Notes under the pieces: generated by a model
Database searches by the model: none
Seen by the model: only the letters and a program-made list of their open reading frames with translations
What the model was told of the DNA's origin: nothing
Shown: in pieces, positions 63,141-64,000 of the stretch
How the letters are laid out: each line of letters starts with the position of its first letter
Numbering within the stretch: the stretch's first letter is position 1
Program-made: the position numbers and the translations under genes
Origin: Octopus bimaculoides
Taxonomy: Eukaryota
Assembly: GCF_001194135.2 (NCBI RefSeq)
Contig: NC_068981.1
Span: 71,570,360-71,634,359, forward strand
Length of the DNA: 64,000 nt
Direction of reading: 5' to 3'

Positions 63141-64000
63141 AACGATGCAGCATTGATACATATAATTATGTAAGAGAAAGGAATATGGGCATAGCTTGGT
63201 ACTCATTTATTCCAATTGTTACATATATTTCAGTATTCAATAACACATGATATCACACTACGGATACAACCAGTAGATGCAGCTTATAGGGCAAGCATGG
63301 AGCAAACACATTGTCAGACAATCGATAAAAAAAATAACTGTATATAATTATCTATGGATAATTATTATTTCACATTATGGCTCAGCCTATGTAATCTATG
63401 TATTATATATATATAGTTGTACTGCAGTATATAATATCTGTTATTATTGGTAAGAAACTCTCAGAAGAGATGAATAGCAGAAGGGCTTCAGAAAAGAAAC
63501 ATAATTCAAGCAAGTGTTTCAACTCTTAACTTCTTACACTATAAGGGGACTCTGTTGCAACCAGGTCATGACACTTGTGTGCCCTTCTGCCAATACTTTT
63601 AGCTACTTATGCATTTAAACCATATGGATATTTAACAAGATCTAGCTGGAATTCCTCTCTGTTGCCTCTGCTTTCAAACTTATCTTCTTTGAGTTTAGAA
63701 ATAACATTGATAGTTATGATAGCTATGAAACATTATTTTAAACTGGAGCATTGTGAAAATATTTTACAGTATTTGTTCTGGCTCTTTACATTCTGAATCA
63801 AAATCTGCTGAGATCAACTTGCTTTTTATCCTTTCAGGAACAATAAGTAGGGGTTGATATCAACTAATGCCCTCCACTCAAAATTGCTGGCTTTGTGCCT
63901 AAATCAGAAACCATTATTTTAAACAGGAACATCAGAAAATTTCTTTGCAATACTTGTTTTGGCTCTGTACTTTCTGAGCTTAAATTCCATTGAGATCAGC

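Overview
Strongly AT-rich eukaryotic scaffold segment with nine N gaps. It is most likely from a coleoid cephalopod (Octopus-type); this is inferred from the repeat families I recognise and the microsatellite load, not from a database search. The only protein-coding gene I can support is a + strand DRAK/STK17-family (DAPK-related) Ser/Thr kinase. Five coding exons (52009-52221, 54383-54521, 54748-54923, 56283-56462, 56962-57478) join in frame through canonical GT-AG introns from the Gly-rich loop to the stop. The exon(s) encoding the N-terminus were not identified with confidence; three candidates are discussed. The rest is intronic or intergenic DNA packed with tRNA-derived SINEs (at least five types), 5'-truncated RTE LINEs, TTAA-flanked piggyBac-type MITEs, a DD37D (maT) Tc1/mariner derivative, a hAT remnant, a Penelope-like element, decayed LINEs and microsatellites. 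The most interesting unexplained signals are hammerhead-ribozyme motifs. One is a head-to-head inverted pair of minimal hammerhead cores forming a 60-bp-arm palindrome at 21504-21634. Another is a near-intact minimal hammerhead in the Penelope-like terminal repeat at 25445-25490 (- strand). There are also long inverted repeat pairs (candidate ADAR substrates) and a DFG-to-DLG/Thr-gatekeeper variant kinase. Repeat boundaries were read by eye and are approximate unless a TSD or TIR is quoted.
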